Shown here: positions 61,780 to 64,000 of the stretch, piece by piece | Numbering within the stretch: the first letter of the stretch is position 1 | Layout: each line of letters starts with the position of its first letter | NCBI RefSeq assembly: GCF_036321535.1 | Contig: NC_087437.1 | Location: 114,392,001 to 114,456,000, forward strand | Length of the DNA stretch: 64,000 bases | Reading direction: 5' to 3' | Origin: Camelus dromedarius | Taxonomy: Eukaryota | Translations under genes and position numbers: made by a program | The notes under the pieces: model-generated | Told to the model about the DNA's origin: nothing | Seen by the model: the letters and a program-made list of their open reading frames with translations, nothing else | Database searches by the model: none

Positions 61780-64000
61780 TGACTGGCATGCCGCAGACTT
61801 CTGAACTCCTAGAAGCTACATTGATGCGATGATCCCTCAATTTTCATAGGGTTAATCTCCCACCTCTCGCATATGGGTGCCTTCCTAAGGCAGTATTTCT
61901 CAACATTGGCACTGTTACAATTTGGGGACAAACAATTCTTTATTGGAGGGGGGGTGTGTCCCAAGCATTGTAGAACATACAGCAGCATCCCTGGACTCTA
62001 CCCACTAAATACCAGTTACTCAGGATACTCCATTTTTTTTTAACAATCAAATATGTCTCCAGACATTCTCAGATGTCCCCTGGGAGTTAAAAATCCCCTG
62101 ATCGAGAACCTCTGTATTAGGACATCGATGGTACTTGCTGCTTCCTGATCAGTATGCCCAATAGCATGATGTCATTAATAGGTGGGCAGAGTGATGTCCT
62201 GTAAACGTCAAGATGAGCAGGGTCCCTGCAGACACGTAGACAGTGAATACACTGCTGCCCTTGCCGTGTGAGGGCCAATGACTACAGATTCTCCTCATCG
62301 ATGGGGATTGAGAAGAAAGCATTTGCCAGATGAGTGGTCCCACAGCAACTGTGAGCTTGTGTGCTGGTCTTCACCAGTCAATGTAACACACCCAGTACAG
62401 CAGCTTCAAAAGGGATTACCACCTGAGTAAGTTTAAGGTGGCCTGATAACACCCGCCATAATTCATCTGGTCACTACAGGGACACGGTGGGTAAACTGAA
62501 TGGAGATATTATGGGAACCACCACCTTGCATCCTTTATGTCTTCAAATATCTACCATCTTCCCCTCAGACACAGAATTACTTCCAATTTCCCACCTTGAA
62601 TAAGAGGAAAGAACAGTTTCAGGTCGTTTTACTTAGCTCTTCCAACCATAATGTCCTACACTTCACAAATCAGGAAACCTACTGAGAGTTCTGCCAACCA
62701 TTAAACACACCTATCCCCTTTGGGAATCTGAGAAGTAGCCACGGGGTAGTCTTGTGGACCTAACGGACCCATTATAAAATGGACTTTGGATAAAACCTAA
62801 TTTGTCACCTGGTCTCCTATAGCTGCTGATCTAACTGTTGGACCAGTACGTGGCATTTCAGACCCCCTGGCACTGGTGTCAGCTCCGACCTTGTATACAG
62901 CAGAACCCAAAAAGTCTGGCTAGGCCCCATTCTCCAGCACTAGTTTTTTGGGGGAATATCTACAGATCCCTTGAAGGAGGGGATTATAAAAATAAACTTT
63001 CATGTATACTTGTGGGAAACAGGAGTGTCCTTCTTCAAGGGGACCTCAGCCTCCTCTAGAATCTAAGGGTTCTAGATGCGTAAGCTGACTTACATTTGAA
63101 AACTGAGAGGCCAGAATTTTCCATTGTAGTGACTGATGTTAACATTCTGCTCTCCAGCTTTCTGTTTTGTTATTATTATACAATTTGAACAACACCCTGG
63201 TCAGCTGTCCATCTGCCTCCTGGCTGGGAACACCATGATCCAGGAGCTACACATCCCTGAAGGCGAAGGGATGCTATCTGCTACTCTGCCGTGCTTCTGG
63301 TGATGGTAAGTGCGGCCACCTCTGCCTCGGGTGGTTAACAGCTACCACCTAGTCTTTTAATTCTGGAATCTCATTATCTCCATTGACACCAAGGAGCCTG
63401 GGGCAGTGTTTCTCAGCATTAAGCCCAGCCTACAGAAGACAGACACCAACCTCTCAAAGATGTCAGTGAGCCCTTAACTTGTGCACTCATATTGCCTTCA
63501 GAAGGAAGCGTCCTCCAGTCTCCTTCAAGAAACACAGCTATGTGGAGGGTTCTGAGGTTTTACTTAATAAAGACATCCTAATATTCCCAACTCTCAGAGC
63601 CTTACGCTTCCTTCATACTGTCACCTCCGCCTTATCAATTGTAGGCCATCATCCTAAATGCCAAGCTGTCACCACAACAGACTAAAAGACCAGCTCCAGG
63701 GGACCATGACGATGTAACACCCTCCAGATCCACTCCTACAGGTCTTCGCTGGTACACGTCTGCCAGTTCCTGCACGTCCTCTGACACACAGATTGTTGTC
63801 CTTGGAGCATTTACTTCCCCACCGAAGCCGTGCTCAGACCTGACTCTGGCTATTACCCAGGAGACAACGAGGGATGATGGGGACCGATCTTGAGAAAAAC
63901 AACGGTCAGCCGTGAAGCATCTGGTCTGTGAGGTCATGGTGTGATCAAATGGGGATGGGAGGCTCATCTCTCCAAGTTGTCGGGACAGCTTCTCCCAGCT
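61780..64000 (-). mobile_element. Decayed ERVL (class III ERV) internal region: gag, protease, RT; runs off the window end
   Basis: Minus-strand translations: gag-like ARVRSEHGFGGEV...VQELADVYQR (about 63740-63860); protease QTFWVLLYTRSELTPVPG (about 62865-62920; compare LLDTGSELT); RT VVVPIISPF...KLTQVVIPFEAAV...HLANAFFSIP (about 62300-62525), INDIML (YIDD region, about 62160-62180) and WEINPMKIEG (about 61835-61865). Many stops and frameshifts. Confidence 0.9.
61891..62114. mobile_element. MER20 hAT-Charlie element inserted into the ERVL RT
   Basis: Inverted termini CAGTATTTCTCAA and TCGAGAACCTCTG; internal AGCAGCATCCCTGGACTCTACCCACTA; about 220 bp. Confidence 0.9.

Noticed and set aside
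1..64000. Prokaryotic-type systems (operons, CRISPR, defence islands)
   Set aside because: The sequence is mammalian and repeat-rich, with no gene-dense ORFs and no repeat-spacer array; the tandem duplications have two units and no spacers.

Overview
Mammalian non-coding genomic DNA, intronic or intergenic. It is most likely camelid, judging by two tRNA-Ala-derived vic-1-type SINEs and many short recent L1 3' ends. I could not recognise any protein-coding gene, CpG island, rRNA, functional tRNA, CRISPR array or prokaryotic feature. The ORF track is explained by chance or by repeats. Much of the window is interspersed repeat: about 12 young 5'-truncated L1s (many with visible target-site duplications, one 5'-inverted, one nested pair), old L1M, L2, MIR, CR1/L3, MaLR and ERVL-class LTRs, hAT and Tigger DNA-transposon derivatives, and a decayed ERVL gag-protease-RT segment at the right end. 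I found no demonstrable new biological system. The best leads are a compact pri-miRNA-shaped hairpin with a miR-17-family seed (about 14390-14458), a candidate 12-nt microexon in a repeat-free motif-rich block (30535-30546) and two 45-nt exon-like cassettes. Repeat subfamily names come from recall of consensus sequences, not from a database search. Boundaries without a TSD are approximate.
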